A stretch of 64,000 bases of DNA from Nocardioides sp. (GTDB lineage: Bacteria > Actinomycetota > Actinomycetes > Propionibacteriales > Nocardioidaceae), in the NCBI RefSeq assembly GCF_044226305.1, contig NZ_JBGAHF010000013.1, positions 33,883 to 97,882 on the forward strand, written 5' to 3'. The notes below the pieces were generated by a model. The model was not told the origin of the DNA. It saw nothing but the letters and a program-made list of their open reading frames with translations, and ran no database searches. Positions 1 through 11,374 of the stretch are shown one piece after another. Positions within the stretch are counted from its first letter, which is position 1; every line of letters begins with the position of its first letter. Both the position numbers and the translations under genes were made by a program.

Positions 1-354
1 GAGGTCCAGGGTGACCCACGGCGCACCCGGGGGGAACCGGACCGCGACCACCTGGGCGTAGTCGTAGTCGTGGCGCCGGTAGCCGTTGACCACCACGAGG
101 TGCTCGTCGGTCGCCAGCACCCGCGAGCGGACCAGGGCGTGGAACAGCATGAACACCCCCACGCCGATCGCGAGGAGCGTGAGCCGCTGGAACACCGTGA
201 ACTTGTCCCGGGTCTCCTGGTCGAAGGTGAACCAGGTCATCGCGCACACCACGAGCAGCCCGCCGCCGAGCACGGCCCCGGCGAGGCGGACGCCGAACGG
301 CCGCCAGGTGCGCGGCAGCGACACCGGGCGCACCGGCTCAGAGCCGGCAGGCAT
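1..354 (-). CDS. PH-domain-type membrane protein, 3' end runs off the window
   Basis: Read manually: ATG at 354 gives MPAGSEPVRPVSLPRTWRPFGVRLAGAVLGGGLLVVCAMTWF..., two hydrophobic segments then VVVNGYR..YDWAQVVAVRF. The start overlaps the hisG stop. Not in the ORF track because it is truncated. Confidence 0.7.
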   Translation of the reverse strand, partial: MPAGSEPVRPVSLPRTWRPFGVRLAGAVLGGGLLVVCAMTWFTFDQETRDKFTVFQRLTLLAIGVGVFMLFHALVRSRVLATDEHLVVVNGYRRHDYDYAQVVAVRFPPGAPWVTLDL

Positions 355-1186
355 GGATGTCGGTCAGCAGGATGCCGCGGGCGCCGATCTCGAACAGCTC
401 GTCCATCAGGCGCTGGGCGCCGTCGCGCGGGACCATGGCACGCACCGCCGACCAGCCCTCGCGATGCAACGGGGAGACCGTGGGGCTCTCGATCCCGGGG
501 GTGAGCCGGACCGCGTCGGAGACCCGGTCGCTGGGGATGTCGTAGTCCATCATCACGTAGCTCCGCGCGACCAGGACGCCCTCGATCCGGCGCCGGAAGA
601 TCTCGAAGCCGTCGGGCACCGCGCCGCTGCGCGTGACGAGCACCGCCTCGGACTCGAGGATCACCTCGCCGAAGACCTCCAGCCCGGCCTGCCGCAGCGT
701 GCTGCCGGTCTCCACGACGTCGGCGATCACGTCGGCGACGCCGAGCTGGATGCTGGTCTCGACGGCGCCGTCGAGGCGGGTCACCGTGGCCTCGATGCCG
801 CGCTCCTCGAGGAACGACCGCACCACGCCGACGTACGACGTGGCGATCCGCTGTCCCGCGAGCTGGCTCGGGTCGGTGAAGACCCCCTTCGGGCCGGCGA
901 AGCGGAACCGGCTCCGGCCGAAGCCCAGCCCCATGACCTCCTCGGCCTTGGCACCGGAGTCCTTGAGCAGGTCGCGGCCGGTGATGCCGACGTCGAGCGT
1001 GCCCTCGCCGACGTAGAGCGCGATGTCGCGGGGACGGAGGTAGAAGAACTCGACGTCGTTCTCGGCGTCGGTGAGCGTGAGCTGCTTGGTGTCGTCGCGC
1101 TGCCGGTAGCCCGACTCCCGCAGGATGTCGGCGGCCGCGACGGCGAGTGAGCCCTTGTTCGGGACCGCGATGCGGAGCAGTGCCAT
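338..1186 (-). CDS. hisG: ATP phosphoribosyltransferase (long form)
   Basis: LRIAVPNKGSL, RPRDIALYVGEG.LDVGITGRD, DGAVE, ADVVETGSTL; C-terminal regulatory domain ending DIHACRL. Confidence 0.97.
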   Translation of the reverse strand: MALLRIAVPNKGSLAVAAADILRESGYRQRDDTKQLTLTDAENDVEFFYLRPRDIALYVGEGTLDVGITGRDLLKDSGAKAEEVMGLGFGRSRFRFAGPKGVFTDPSQLAGQRIATSYVGVVRSFLEERGIEATVTRLDGAVETSIQLGVADVIADVVETGSTLRQAGLEVFGEVILESEAVLVTRSGAVPDGFEIFRRRIEGVLVARSYVMMDYDIPSDRVSDAVRLTPGIESPTVSPLHREGWSAVRAMVPRDGAQRLMDELFEIGARGILLTDIHACRL

Positions 1187-1196
1187 GGGTCTGACC

Positions 1197-3190
<1,994 letters not shown>

Positions 3191-3194
<4 letters not shown>

Positions 3195-3898
3195 GCAGCC
3201 ACCTCCTGGGTTCCTGACGGTTCGACCGTCCGTGGTGTCGCCCGGCTCGCCCGCCACCAGGTCACGAAGCCGACGACGCACAGGCCGCCGTAGAAGACGT
3301 AGAGGATCGCCGACGGGTAGTAGCCGGAGTGCCACAGCAGCGGCACGCCGACCAGGTCGACCGCGATCCACGCCAGCCAGAAGTCGTTCCAGCCGCGGGC
3401 CATCGCGTAGGTGGCCAGGATCGAGCCGACGAAGATCCAGGCGTCGCACCAGTAGTACCAGCGCGGTGCTGGCCAGCCGGCCCCGACGACGCTGAACGCC
3501 CACTGGCACACCACGACGCCGACCAGCGCCGCGACGAGGTAGCGGGCCCGCTCGCGCACGGTCGCCCAGCGGGGGTCGATCGCGGGGGCGTCGCCGCCCC
3601 CGCGCAGCCGGCGCTGCTCGCTCCAGCGGTACCAGCCGTAGATGCTCGTGGCGATGAAGAAGACCTGCCGCCCGGCCTGCCCGAACAACGGCTGCTGGGC
3701 CTGGGCGTCGAAGGTCGCGGCGACGAACACGGTGAAGAGCAGCACGTTGCCGACGATGCCGACCGGCCAGGCCCACACCCGGCGGCGCAGACCGCCGACG
3801 GCCGAGGCGAACCCGAACGCGTTCCCGACGATCTCCCGCCAGGTGATGGCGTGGCCCGCGACGGTCAGGTGGGCGTCGTACAGGGCGGAGATGCTCAT
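3191..3898 (-). CDS. PnuC-family transporter, probably riboflavin uptake (RibM/PnuX type)
   Basis: Start reassigned to MSISALY (3898); multi-TM protein with WAWPVGI, YGWYRW and [11 protein letters not shown]; embedded in the rib operon with overlapping stop/start codons. Confidence 0.85.
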
Positions 3899-4494
3899 GA
3901 GCGCTCCTGGTAGGGCAGCAGGCGCTCGACGTACTTGGCGATGACGTCGACCTCGAGGTTGACCCGGTCGCCCGGGCCACGGGTGCCCAACGTGGTGCGG
4001 GCGAGGGTCTCGGGGATCAGGCTGACCGTGAACCGGTCCTCGCCGGCCTCGACCACGGTGAGGCTGACGCCGTCCACGGTGATCGAGCCCTTGTCGACGA
4101 GGTAGCGCGCGAGCTCGGTCGGCAGCGAGATCTCGACGACCTCCCAGTGCTCGCTCGGCGTCCGGCTGAGCACGGTCCCGACCCCGTCCACGTGGCCCTG
4201 GACGATGTGGCCGCCCAGGCGCTTGTCGGCCGTGACCGCGCGCTCGAGGTTGACCGGGTCGCCGGGCCGCACGCCGCACAGGCTGGTCTTGTCGAGCGTC
4301 TCCTGCATGACGTCGGCGGTCCAGGTGTCGCCCTCGAGCGTCGTGACCGTCAGGCAGCAGCCGTTGACGGAGATCGAGTCCCCGAGCCCGGCGTCCTCGA
4401 GCACCGTCGTGGCCCGGACGGTGAGCCGGACGGCGTCGCCCTGGTCCACCACGGCGGCGACGGTGCCGAGCTCCTCGACGATTCCGGTGAACAT
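3895..4494 (-). CDS. ribE: riboflavin synthase (alpha chain)
   Basis: Signature N-terminus [10 protein letters not shown]; [40 protein letters not shown]. Confidence 0.97.
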   Translation of the reverse strand: MFTGIVEELGTVAAVVDQGDAVRLTVRATTVLEDAGLGDSISVNGCCLTVTTLEGDTWTADVMQETLDKTSLCGVRPGDPVNLERAVTADKRLGGHIVQGHVDGVGTVLSRTPSEHWEVVEISLPTELARYLVDKGSITVDGVSLTVVEAGEDRFTVSLIPETLARTTLGTRGPGDRVNLEVDVIAKYVERLLPYQERS

Positions 4495-4495
4495 C

Positions 4496-5527
4496 TCAGT
4501 CCTCTCCTGGTGCGAGGGTCAGACGAACGTTGGGCTCGTCGCCCTCCAGCACGGTGATGTCGGTGACGCGGGGACGGAACGCGTCGGCGATCGTGGTGAT
4601 TCCGAGGTCGGCCACGGCGCTCCGTCCGGCGCCGAGCAGCATCGGGGCGACGTAGACGACGATCTCGTCGACCAGGCCGGCCCGGAGGAACCCGGCAGCC
4701 AGGGTCGGGCCGCCCTCGAGGAAGACGTGCTGCCGGTCCCGGGCGCGCAGCTCGGCGAGAGCCGCGTGCGGGTCGCGGGTGCGCAGGTGCACGGTCTCGG
4801 CGTCCTCGTTGAACACCCGGCGGTCCGCCGCGAGGTCGCGCTCCCCCATCACGGCCCGCAGCGGCTGGCGCTCGCGGGGCCGGTCCTGCTCGTCCCGGAC
4901 GGTCAGCAGCGGGTCGTCGACCTCGACGGTGTTGGTCCCGACCAGCATCACGTCGGCGAGCGCCCGCAGCCGGTGGGTGTCCCGGCGGGCGGCCGGGGAG
5001 CTGACCCAGCGGCTGGTCCCGTCGGCGGCGGCGCTGCGGCCGTCCAGGGTGGTCGCGAGCTTCCAGGTGACGAACGGGCGGCCGTGCTCGACGGCGAAGG
5101 TCCAGTGCCGGTTGACCGACCGCGCCTCGGCGGCCAGCAGGCCCGACTCGACCTCGACGCCGGCCGCGCGCAGCGTGCCCGCGCCACCGGCGGCGGTCGG
5201 GTTGGGGTCGTCCTGGGCGAACACCACCCGTCGTACGCCGGCCTCGGCGAGCGCCTGCGCGCAGGGCCCGGTCCGGCCGGTGTGGTTGCACGGCTCGAGG
5301 GTCACGACCGCCGTCGTGCCTCGCGCCCGTGCCCCGGCCCGGGCCAGGGCGTCGGCCTCGGCGTGCGGGGTGCCGGCACCGCGGTGGAAGCCCTCGGCGA
5401 CCGTGGTGCCGCCGGCGTCGAGGAGGACGCAGCCGACCCTCGGGTTCGGACCGAGCGGGACGCCCGGGGTCGCCGCCAGCGCGAGGGCGCGACGCATCGC
5501 GGCCTGCTCGGCGCCGGTGAAGCCCAT
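4496..5527 (-). CDS. ribD: diaminohydroxyphosphoribosylaminopyrimidine deaminase / reductase
   Basis: Start reassigned to MGFTGAE (5527); PNPRVGCV, HAE, TLEPCNHTGRTGPC, LATTLDGR, EGG. Confidence 0.95.
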   Translation of the reverse strand: MGFTGAEQAAMRRALALAATPGVPLGPNPRVGCVLLDAGGTTVAEGFHRGAGTPHAEADALARAGARARGTTAVVTLEPCNHTGRTGPCAQALAEAGVRRVVFAQDDPNPTAAGGAGTLRAAGVEVESGLLAAEARSVNRHWTFAVEHGRPFVTWKLATTLDGRSAAADGTSRWVSSPAARRDTHRLRALADVMLVGTNTVEVDDPLLTVRDEQDRPRERQPLRAVMGERDLAADRRVFNEDAETVHLRTRDPHAALAELRARDRQHVFLEGGPTLAAGFLRAGLVDEIVVYVAPMLLGAGRSAVADLGITTIADAFRPRVTDITVLEGDEPNVRLTLAPGED

Positions 5528-5619
5528 CGGTCCTGCCCCTCGTGTCCGGTCGCGGACTCCGGGGCGTGATGGGTGCGGCGCACGTCGTCCGCGACGGGAC
5601 GACGAGGCGGTCCTCACCT

Positions 5620-5770
5620 GCGTGCGCTTCCCATCCGGACTTTCACCGTCGGTCCAGGAGTTCCACCTGGTCAACCGCACACTGGCTGTGAGCGGGTCGC
5701 GGACTTCTGAACGAAGTTGCCTTCGTCCAGATCACCGCCGGCTCGGAATTACACCGACCCCAGAGCACGC
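5620..5770 (-). ncRNA. FMN riboswitch (RFN element)
   Basis: Minus strand reads GCGUGCUCUGGGGUCGGUGUAAUUCCGAGCCGGCGGU...AGUCCGCGACCC...UUGACCAGGUGGAACUCCUGGACCGACGGUGAAAGUCCGGAUGGGAAGCGCACGC, with all conserved RFN blocks; directly upstream of ribD. Confidence 0.95.
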
Positions 5771-5876
5771 GAGCTTCTCAACTCGTCGCGGCAAGTTTGC
5801 CACACGAGGCACCATGCGGCGGCGTGGCTCCGGTCACAAGGCTCCGTGCGGCCCGCGTGAGTTTCTCCGACCCCGC

Positions 5877-6539
5877 TCAGCCGGCGGCGGCCTCGGCGCG
5901 GGCGCGGAGGTCGGCGACCATCCGGTCGGGGTCGTCGGCGGAGTAGACGGCGGAGCCGGCGACGAAGACGTCGGCGCCGGCCTCGGCGCAGCGCTCGATC
6001 GTCTCCAGCGAGATCCCGCCGTCGACCTGCAGCCAGGTCTCGACGCCGTGCTTGGCCATCAGCTCGCGGGCACGGCGGATCTTCGGGAGGCAGAGGTCGA
6101 GGAACTTCTGGCCGCCGAAGCCCGGCTCCACCGTCATCACGAGCAGCATGTCGAGCTCGGGGAGCAGGTCCTCGTAGGGGTCGACGGGCGTCGCGGGCCT
6201 GAGCGCCATCGCGGCCCGCGCCCCGTGGGCGCGGATCTCGCGGGCCAGCCGGACCGGCGCCTGCGCCGCCTCGACGTGGAAGGTCACCGACCCGCAGCCG
6301 GCCTCGACGTACGCCAGGGCGTTGCGGTCGGCGTCCTCGATCATCAGGTGGGCGTCGAGCGGGACGTCGGTGGAGCGGGCCAGCGCCTCGACCATCGTCG
6401 GCCCGAAGGTCAGGTTCGGGACGAAGTGGTTGTCCATCACGTCGACGTGCACCCAGTCGGCGCTGCCGATCCGGGCGACCTCCTCGCCGAGGCGCGCGAA
6501 GTCGGCGTTGAGGATGCTCGGCGTGATCTGGATGCCCAC
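5877..6539 (-). CDS. rpe: ribulose-phosphate 3-epimerase
   Basis: Start reassigned to GTG at 6539; [54 protein letters not shown]. Confidence 0.96.
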   Translation of the reverse strand: MGIQITPSILNADFARLGEEVARIGSADWVHVDVMDNHFVPNLTFGPTMVEALARSTDVPLDAHLMIEDADRNALAYVEAGCGSVTFHVEAAQAPVRLAREIRAHGARAAMALRPATPVDPYEDLLPELDMLLVMTVEPGFGGQKFLDLCLPKIRRARELMAKHGVETWLQVDGGISLETIERCAEAGADVFVAGSAVYSADDPDRMVADLRARAEAAAG

Positions 6540-6549
6540 GGACGGCAGC

Positions 6550-7521
6550 CTATTCGCCCGCGTCCTCGGGGTCGGCCGGTGGTGCGGCGCCGTCGCGCTC
6601 GTCCCGCGCGGCCCACTCCAGGAGCGGGGCGATGTCGAAGACGTGGTCGTCGATGTCGGCGTGCAGGTCGCCGATCTCGGCGAAGCGGTCGGGCACCGTG
6701 AAGATCGTGCAGTCACGCGGGTCGACGTCGTCGACCTCGTCCCAGCGGATCGGCGTCGAGACCCGGGCGTCCGGCAGGCCGCGGACCGAGTACGCCGCGG
6801 CGATGGTGTGGTCGCGCGCGTTCTGGTTGTAGTCGACGAAGAGCTGGTGCGGGTCTCGGTCCTTCTTCCACCAGGTGGTGGTGACGTCGTCGGGGGCCCG
6901 GCGCTCGACCTCGCGCGCGAAGGCGAGCGCGGCCCGCCGTACGTCCTTGAAGCCGTGCTCGGCGGCGATCCGGACGTAGACGTGCATCCCCTTGCTGCCG
7001 CTGGTCTTGGGGTAGCCCACCGCACCGAGCTCGTCGAGGACCTCGTGCGCGACGTGCGCGACCCGCCGGACCTGGTCGAAGTCGCTGAGCGGCCCCGGGT
7101 CGAGGTCGATGCGCCACTCGTCGGGCAGCTCGGTGTCGGGTCGCCGGCTGTTCCAGGGGTGGAACTCGACCGTGGACATCTGCACGGCCCAGATGACCGA
7201 CCCGAGCTCGGTGACGCAGAGCTCGTCGGCGGTGCGGTTCCACCGCGGGAAGTGCAGCCGGACCGTCTCCACCCAGGGCGGCGCGCCGGCCGGGAGCCGC
7301 TTCTGGTGCACCTTGTCGCCGGCGAGGCCCTTCGGGAACCGGTGCAGCATGCACGGCCGCTCGTAGAGCGCGTTGACGATGCCCGGGCCGACCGCCAGGT
7401 AGTACTCGACCAGGTCCAGCTTCGTCGCACCGGACTCCGGGAAGTAGACGCGGTCCGGGTTCGACACCCGCACGACCCGGTCGTCGACCTCGATCTCGAC
7501 CGACGGCGACTTCGAGGGCAT
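6550..7521 (-). CDS. stand-alone LigD-type polymerase / AEP primase-polymerase (Prim-PolC/PolD-like)
   Basis: [40 protein letters not shown]...T..AAYSVR: AEP catalytic motifs; no ligase or nuclease domain. Confidence 0.88.
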   Translation of the reverse strand: MPSKSPSVEIEVDDRVVRVSNPDRVYFPESGATKLDLVEYYLAVGPGIVNALYERPCMLHRFPKGLAGDKVHQKRLPAGAPPWVETVRLHFPRWNRTADELCVTELGSVIWAVQMSTVEFHPWNSRRPDTELPDEWRIDLDPGPLSDFDQVRRVAHVAHEVLDELGAVGYPKTSGSKGMHVYVRIAAEHGFKDVRRAALAFAREVERRAPDDVTTTWWKKDRDPHQLFVDYNQNARDHTIAAAYSVRGLPDARVSTPIRWDEVDDVDPRDCTIFTVPDRFAEIGDLHADIDDHVFDIAPLLEWAARDERDGAAPPADPEDAGE

Positions 7522-7560
7522 GGCGCCAATCTAGGGGGTGGGTCGGCATACGGTTCGGAC
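7522..7560. promoter_or_regulatory. back-to-back -10 elements for two leaderless divergent transcripts
   Basis: Minus strand: TAGATT (7533-7528), 6 nt, ATG(7521). Plus strand: TACGGT (7549-7554), 6 nt, GTG(7561). Both match TANNNT, and neither gene has an SD. Confidence 0.6.
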
Positions 7561-8298
7561 GTGGACTTCGACCAGCCGCCCGTGATGCGCGTCGAGGTGG
7601 ATCCCGGGCGACAGCTCGCCCCGGACACCTGGCCGATGACCATCCCGGCCGTCGCGCAGCTCGCACGCGAAGGTCTCGACCTCTCGCCGTTCGTCACCTT
7701 CCTGGTCGGCGAGAACGGCTCCGGGAAGTCGACCCTCGTCGAAGCGATCGCGATGGCCTACGGCCTCGGCCCGGAGGGTGGGTCCACCGGCAGCCGGCAC
7801 GCGACGCGGTCGTCGGAGTCCCCGCTCGGGCGGACCCTGCGCCTGCATCGCGGACTCGGCGCCGGGCGATGGGGCTTCTTCCTCCGGGCCGAGACGATGC
7901 ACGGGTTCTACAGCTACCTGGAGGACAACCCCGGCCCCCAGGATGCCGCGCGCCGGGATCCCCGCTTCCACGAGATGAGCCATGGCGAGTCGTTCCTCGA
8001 GGTGCTCAGGACGCGCTTCGACTCCTCGGGCTTCTACTGCCTCGACGAGCCGGAGGCGGCGCTGTCGTTCTCCTCGACGCTCGGCCTGATCTCGACCCTC
8101 GGCGCCGTCGTCGAGGGCGGCGGCCAGGTCCTGTGCGCCACCCACTCGCCGGTCCTGGCGGCGATGCCGGGCGCCACCATCCTCGAGGTCGGCCCCTGGG
8201 GTCTGCGTCGCTCGAGCTGGGAGGACCTCGAGCTCGTCCAGCACTGGAAGGCGTACCTCGACGCGCCGGGGCGGTACCTGCGGCACGTCCTGGACTAG
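7561..8298 (+). CDS. stand-alone ABC-superfamily ATPase (COG3910/AAA_21-like)
   Basis: Start reassigned to GTG at 7561; Walker A GENGSGKS, signature MSHGE, Walker B YCLDEPE, H-loop ATHSP; no TM segments. Confidence 0.85.
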   Translation: MDFDQPPVMRVEVDPGRQLAPDTWPMTIPAVAQLAREGLDLSPFVTFLVGENGSGKSTLVEAIAMAYGLGPEGGSTGSRHATRSSESPLGRTLRLHRGLGAGRWGFFLRAETMHGFYSYLEDNPGPQDAARRDPRFHEMSHGESFLEVLRTRFDSSGFYCLDEPEAALSFSSTLGLISTLGAVVEGGGQVLCATHSPVLAAMPGATILEVGPWGLRRSSWEDLELVQHWKAYLDAPGRYLRHVLD

Positions 8299-8305
8299 CC
8301 GCGTC

Positions 8306-9730
8306 CTACGAGGTCCGACGCAGCAGCGCCATGAACATCGCGTCTGTGCCGTGCCGGTGCGGCCACAGCTGGAGCGTGCCCGGCACCGGGCCGGCGCAGT
8401 CGGGGACGTCGGGGAGCAGCGGCGTGGCGTCCTCGAGGCGTACGTCGGCATGGCCCTCGAGCACCGACGCCACGACGCCCCGCGTCTCGGAGAGCACCGG
8501 CGAGCAGGTCGCGTAGAGCACCACCCCGCCCGGGCGCACCAGGTCGATCGCCGCCGCGACCAGCTGGCGCTGGAGCAGGACCAGGCCGAGCAGGTCGTCC
8601 GAGCGCCGCCGCCAGCGCGCCTCGGGGCGGCGACGGAGCGCTCCGAGCCCGGTGCACGGAGCGTCGACCAGGACCCGGTCGAAGACGCCGTGCCGGTAGG
8701 GCGGCGCGGTGCCGTCGGCCGTCACCACCCCGGCGACCCCGTCCGCGCCGCGCAGGGCGCGGCGCACCAGCCCGGCCCGGTGCTCCTGACGCTCGTTGGC
8801 GACGATCCGCGCGCCGCGCTCGGCGGCCAGGGCCGCCAGCAGCGCGGCCTTGCCGCCCGGCCCGGCGCACAGGTCCAGCCAGTGCTCGTCCCTGCCCTCC
8901 ACCGCCGCGGCAGCCAGGGCGATCGCAACCAGCTGTGAGCCCTCGTCCTGCACCCCGGCCCGGCCCGCGGCCACGGCCGGGACCTCCCCGGGGTCACCCC
9001 CCGGGAGCACCGTGCCGTACGGCGAGAACGGCGTCGGCTCGCCCGGCAGCTCGTCGCGGGTCGCCCGTCCCGGGCGCGCGACCAGCGTCACCCGGGGCGG
9101 CTCGTTGTCGGCGGCGAGCAGCGCGTCGAGCTGGTCGGGGCCGACCGCGGCGGACAGCTCGTCGACCACCCACTCGGGATGGCTGAAGGCGATCGACGCG
9201 TACCGCGTCGGCGCGGTCCGCCGGTCGGGTGCGACCTGGGCGATCCAGGTGTCCAGGTCCTGCTGGGCGACCCGGCGCAGCACGGCGTTGGTGAAGCCGC
9301 CGGCGCCCGAGGTGCCCTTGGCGCGGACCAGGTCGACGGAGGTGCTGATCGCGGCGTGGGGCGGGACCCGCATCGACAGCAGCTGGTGGCAGCCCAGCCG
9401 GAGCGCGTCGAGCACCTTCGCCTCGACCTTGCGCAGCGGCCGGTCCACGCAGGAGGCGAGGATCGCGTCGTAGGTGCCCTGGCGCCGGATCGTGCCCGAG
9501 ACCAGCTCGGTCGCGAACGCGGCGTCGCGCCCGTGCAGGTCGAACTGCCGGAGCACCGAGGGCAGCACCAGGTTCGTGTAGGCGCCGTCCACCCGCACCG
9601 CCTTGAGCACCTCGAGGGCCGCGAGCCGGACCGGGTCCACGCCCGGCCGGGGACCGCCCGGACGCCGCCCGCGTGCGGCCCCGCCACTGTCGGGCCCGGA
9701 GCCGGTCCGGCGGGTCGACCCGTCACCCAT
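8306..9730 (-). CDS. rsmB: RsmB/Sun (NOL1/NOP2) RNA m5C methyltransferase with NusB-like N-terminal domain
   Basis: VQDEGSQL, LDLCAGPGGK, DRVLVDAPCTGLG.LRRRPE, LYATCS. Confidence 0.92.
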   Translation of the reverse strand: MGDGSTRRTGSGPDSGGAARGRRPGGPRPGVDPVRLAALEVLKAVRVDGAYTNLVLPSVLRQFDLHGRDAAFATELVSGTIRRQGTYDAILASCVDRPLRKVEAKVLDALRLGCHQLLSMRVPPHAAISTSVDLVRAKGTSGAGGFTNAVLRRVAQQDLDTWIAQVAPDRRTAPTRYASIAFSHPEWVVDELSAAVGPDQLDALLAADNEPPRVTLVARPGRATRDELPGEPTPFSPYGTVLPGGDPGEVPAVAAGRAGVQDEGSQLVAIALAAAAVEGRDEHWLDLCAGPGGKAALLAALAAERGARIVANERQEHRAGLVRRALRGADGVAGVVTADGTAPPYRHGVFDRVLVDAPCTGLGALRRRPEARWRRRSDDLLGLVLLQRQLVAAAIDLVRPGGVVLYATCSPVLSETRGVVASVLEGHADVRLEDATPLLPDVPDCAGPVPGTLQLWPHRHGTDAMFMALLRRTS

Positions 9731-9800
9731 CCGTGGCGGACTTCCGCGACTCCCGAGTGGTGGACGGCCACGTCATGGGATGACCGTATCGACTCGACGC

Positions 9801-10736
9801 TCAGCGCTCATCGGTGGCTCCTACCGTGGACCCCGAGCCGACCCGGACGCCGCGGGCCCAGTCCGCGGCCGGCATCTGCTTGCGGCCGAACGGGCGCACC
9901 TCCCCCAGCCGCACGGCCCGGGTGCCGGTGCCGACGAGCACCTCGCGCTTGGTGACCAGCAGCTCGCCGGCCGGCAGCTCGACGTCGGCCAGGGTCACCG
10001 GGCCCAGCTTGAGCCGCTCCCCGTCGTAGGTCGTCCAGGCCCCGGGCGCCGGGGTGCAGGCGCGGACCTGTCGGTCGATCGCGACCGCCGGGTCGGTCCA
10101 GTCGACCCGGGCGTCCTCGACCTCGACCTTGGGGGCGTAGGAGACGCCCTCGGCCTGCTGCGGCCGGGCCTCGAGGGAACCGTCCTCGAGCCCGTCCAGG
10201 GTCGCGACCAGCAGCCCCGACCCACCCTCGGCCAGCCGCTCGAGGAGGGTGCCGGCGGTGTCGTCCGGGCGGATCAGCTCGGTCATCACGCCGAACGCCG
10301 GTCCGGCATCGAGCTCCTTGACGAGGCGGAAGGTGGTCGCCCCGGTGACCTCGTCGCCGGCCCAGATCGCCCACTGGACCGGGGCGGCACCGCGCCAGGC
10401 CGGCAGCGCGGAGAAGTGCAGGTTGACCCAGCCGAGCGGCGGGATGTCGAGGGCGGACTGCGGGACGAGCGCGCCGTAGGCGACGACCGGGCAGCAGTGC
10501 GGCTCGAGCGCGCGCAGATGCTCCTGGAACTCCGGGTCCCGCGGGTGGGCCGGCTTCAGGACCGGGACGCCGAGCTCCTCGGCGCGCTGGGCGACCGGGC
10601 TCGAGACCAGCCGGCGTCCGCGCCCGGACGGGGCGTCCGGGCGGGTGACGACGCCGACCAGCTCGTGGTGCGACGCGGCGATCGCGTCGAGGGAGGGGAC
10701 GGCGACCTCCGGGGTGCCGGCGAACACGACCCGCAT
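9801..10736 (-). CDS. fmt: methionyl-tRNA formyltransferase
   Basis: [43 protein letters not shown]. Confidence 0.97.
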   Translation of the reverse strand: MRVVFAGTPEVAVPSLDAIAASHHELVGVVTRPDAPSGRGRRLVSSPVAQRAEELGVPVLKPAHPRDPEFQEHLRALEPHCCPVVAYGALVPQSALDIPPLGWVNLHFSALPAWRGAAPVQWAIWAGDEVTGATTFRLVKELDAGPAFGVMTELIRPDDTAGTLLERLAEGGSGLLVATLDGLEDGSLEARPQQAEGVSYAPKVEVEDARVDWTDPAVAIDRQVRACTPAPGAWTTYDGERLKLGPVTLADVELPAGELLVTKREVLVGTGTRAVRLGEVRPFGRKQMPAADWARGVRVGSGSTVGATDER

Positions 10737-10743
10737 CGGCTGC

Positions 10744-11289
10744 TCAGAACCCCAGACCGTTGGTCGCGTGCGGCGAGACCTTGACCATCGGACGCTCGAG
10801 ACCGAACCACTCGGACTCGCGGATCGCCCGCATCGCCGCCTTCCGCGCCTCCGCGTCGAGGCGGTCGATGAAGAGGATCCCGTCGAGGTGGTCGGTCTCG
10901 TGCTGGATGGCCCGGGCGAGCAGGTCGGACCCGGTCACGACCAGCGGCTCCCCGTGCATGTCGAAGCCGCGGGCCACCACCGACAGCGCACGCGTGCAGT
11001 CGAAGCTGAGGTCGGGCAGCGAGAGGCAGCCCTCGGGGCCCTCCTGGAGCTCGGCGGAGAGGTCGAGCCGCGGGTTGACCAGGTGGCCGACCTCGCCGTC
11101 GACGTTCCAGGTGAAGACGCGCAGGCCGACGCCGATCTGCGGAGCGGCGAGCCCGGCTCCCGGGGCCTCGAGCATGGTGTCGGTCAGGTCCTCGACCAGC
11201 TTGCGCAGCTCCTTGTCGAAGTCGACGACCTCGAGGGCGGGCTTGCGCAGGATCGGGTCCCCGAACAGGCGGATCGGCGTGACGGCCAC
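10744..11289 (-). CDS. def: peptide deformylase
   Basis: [24 protein letters not shown]. Confidence 0.97.
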   Translation of the reverse strand: MAVTPIRLFGDPILRKPALEVVDFDKELRKLVEDLTDTMLEAPGAGLAAPQIGVGLRVFTWNVDGEVGHLVNPRLDLSAELQEGPEGCLSLPDLSFDCTRALSVVARGFDMHGEPLVVTGSDLLARAIQHETDHLDGILFIDRLDAEARKAAMRAIRESEWFGLERPMVKVSPHATNGLGF

Positions 11290-11374
11290 GGACCCATCCT
11301 AGGAGGACCCCCAGGACGGTCACTCCCCCGCCGTCGCTCCCCCGCCGTCGCTCGCCCGTCGACGGGTCCGGCCG

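Noticed and set aside
5790-5801. GGCAAGTTTGCC imperfect palindrome upstream of the FMN riboswitch
   Set aside because: A single 5+5 palindrome in GC-rich DNA, possibly just the promoter region; no second copy or cognate regulator seen.
11323-11360. CTCCCCCGCCGTCG tandem repeat (2 copies plus partial) between def and priA
   Set aside because: Only two short copies with no spacers; consistent with slippage, not CRISPR or an evident operator.
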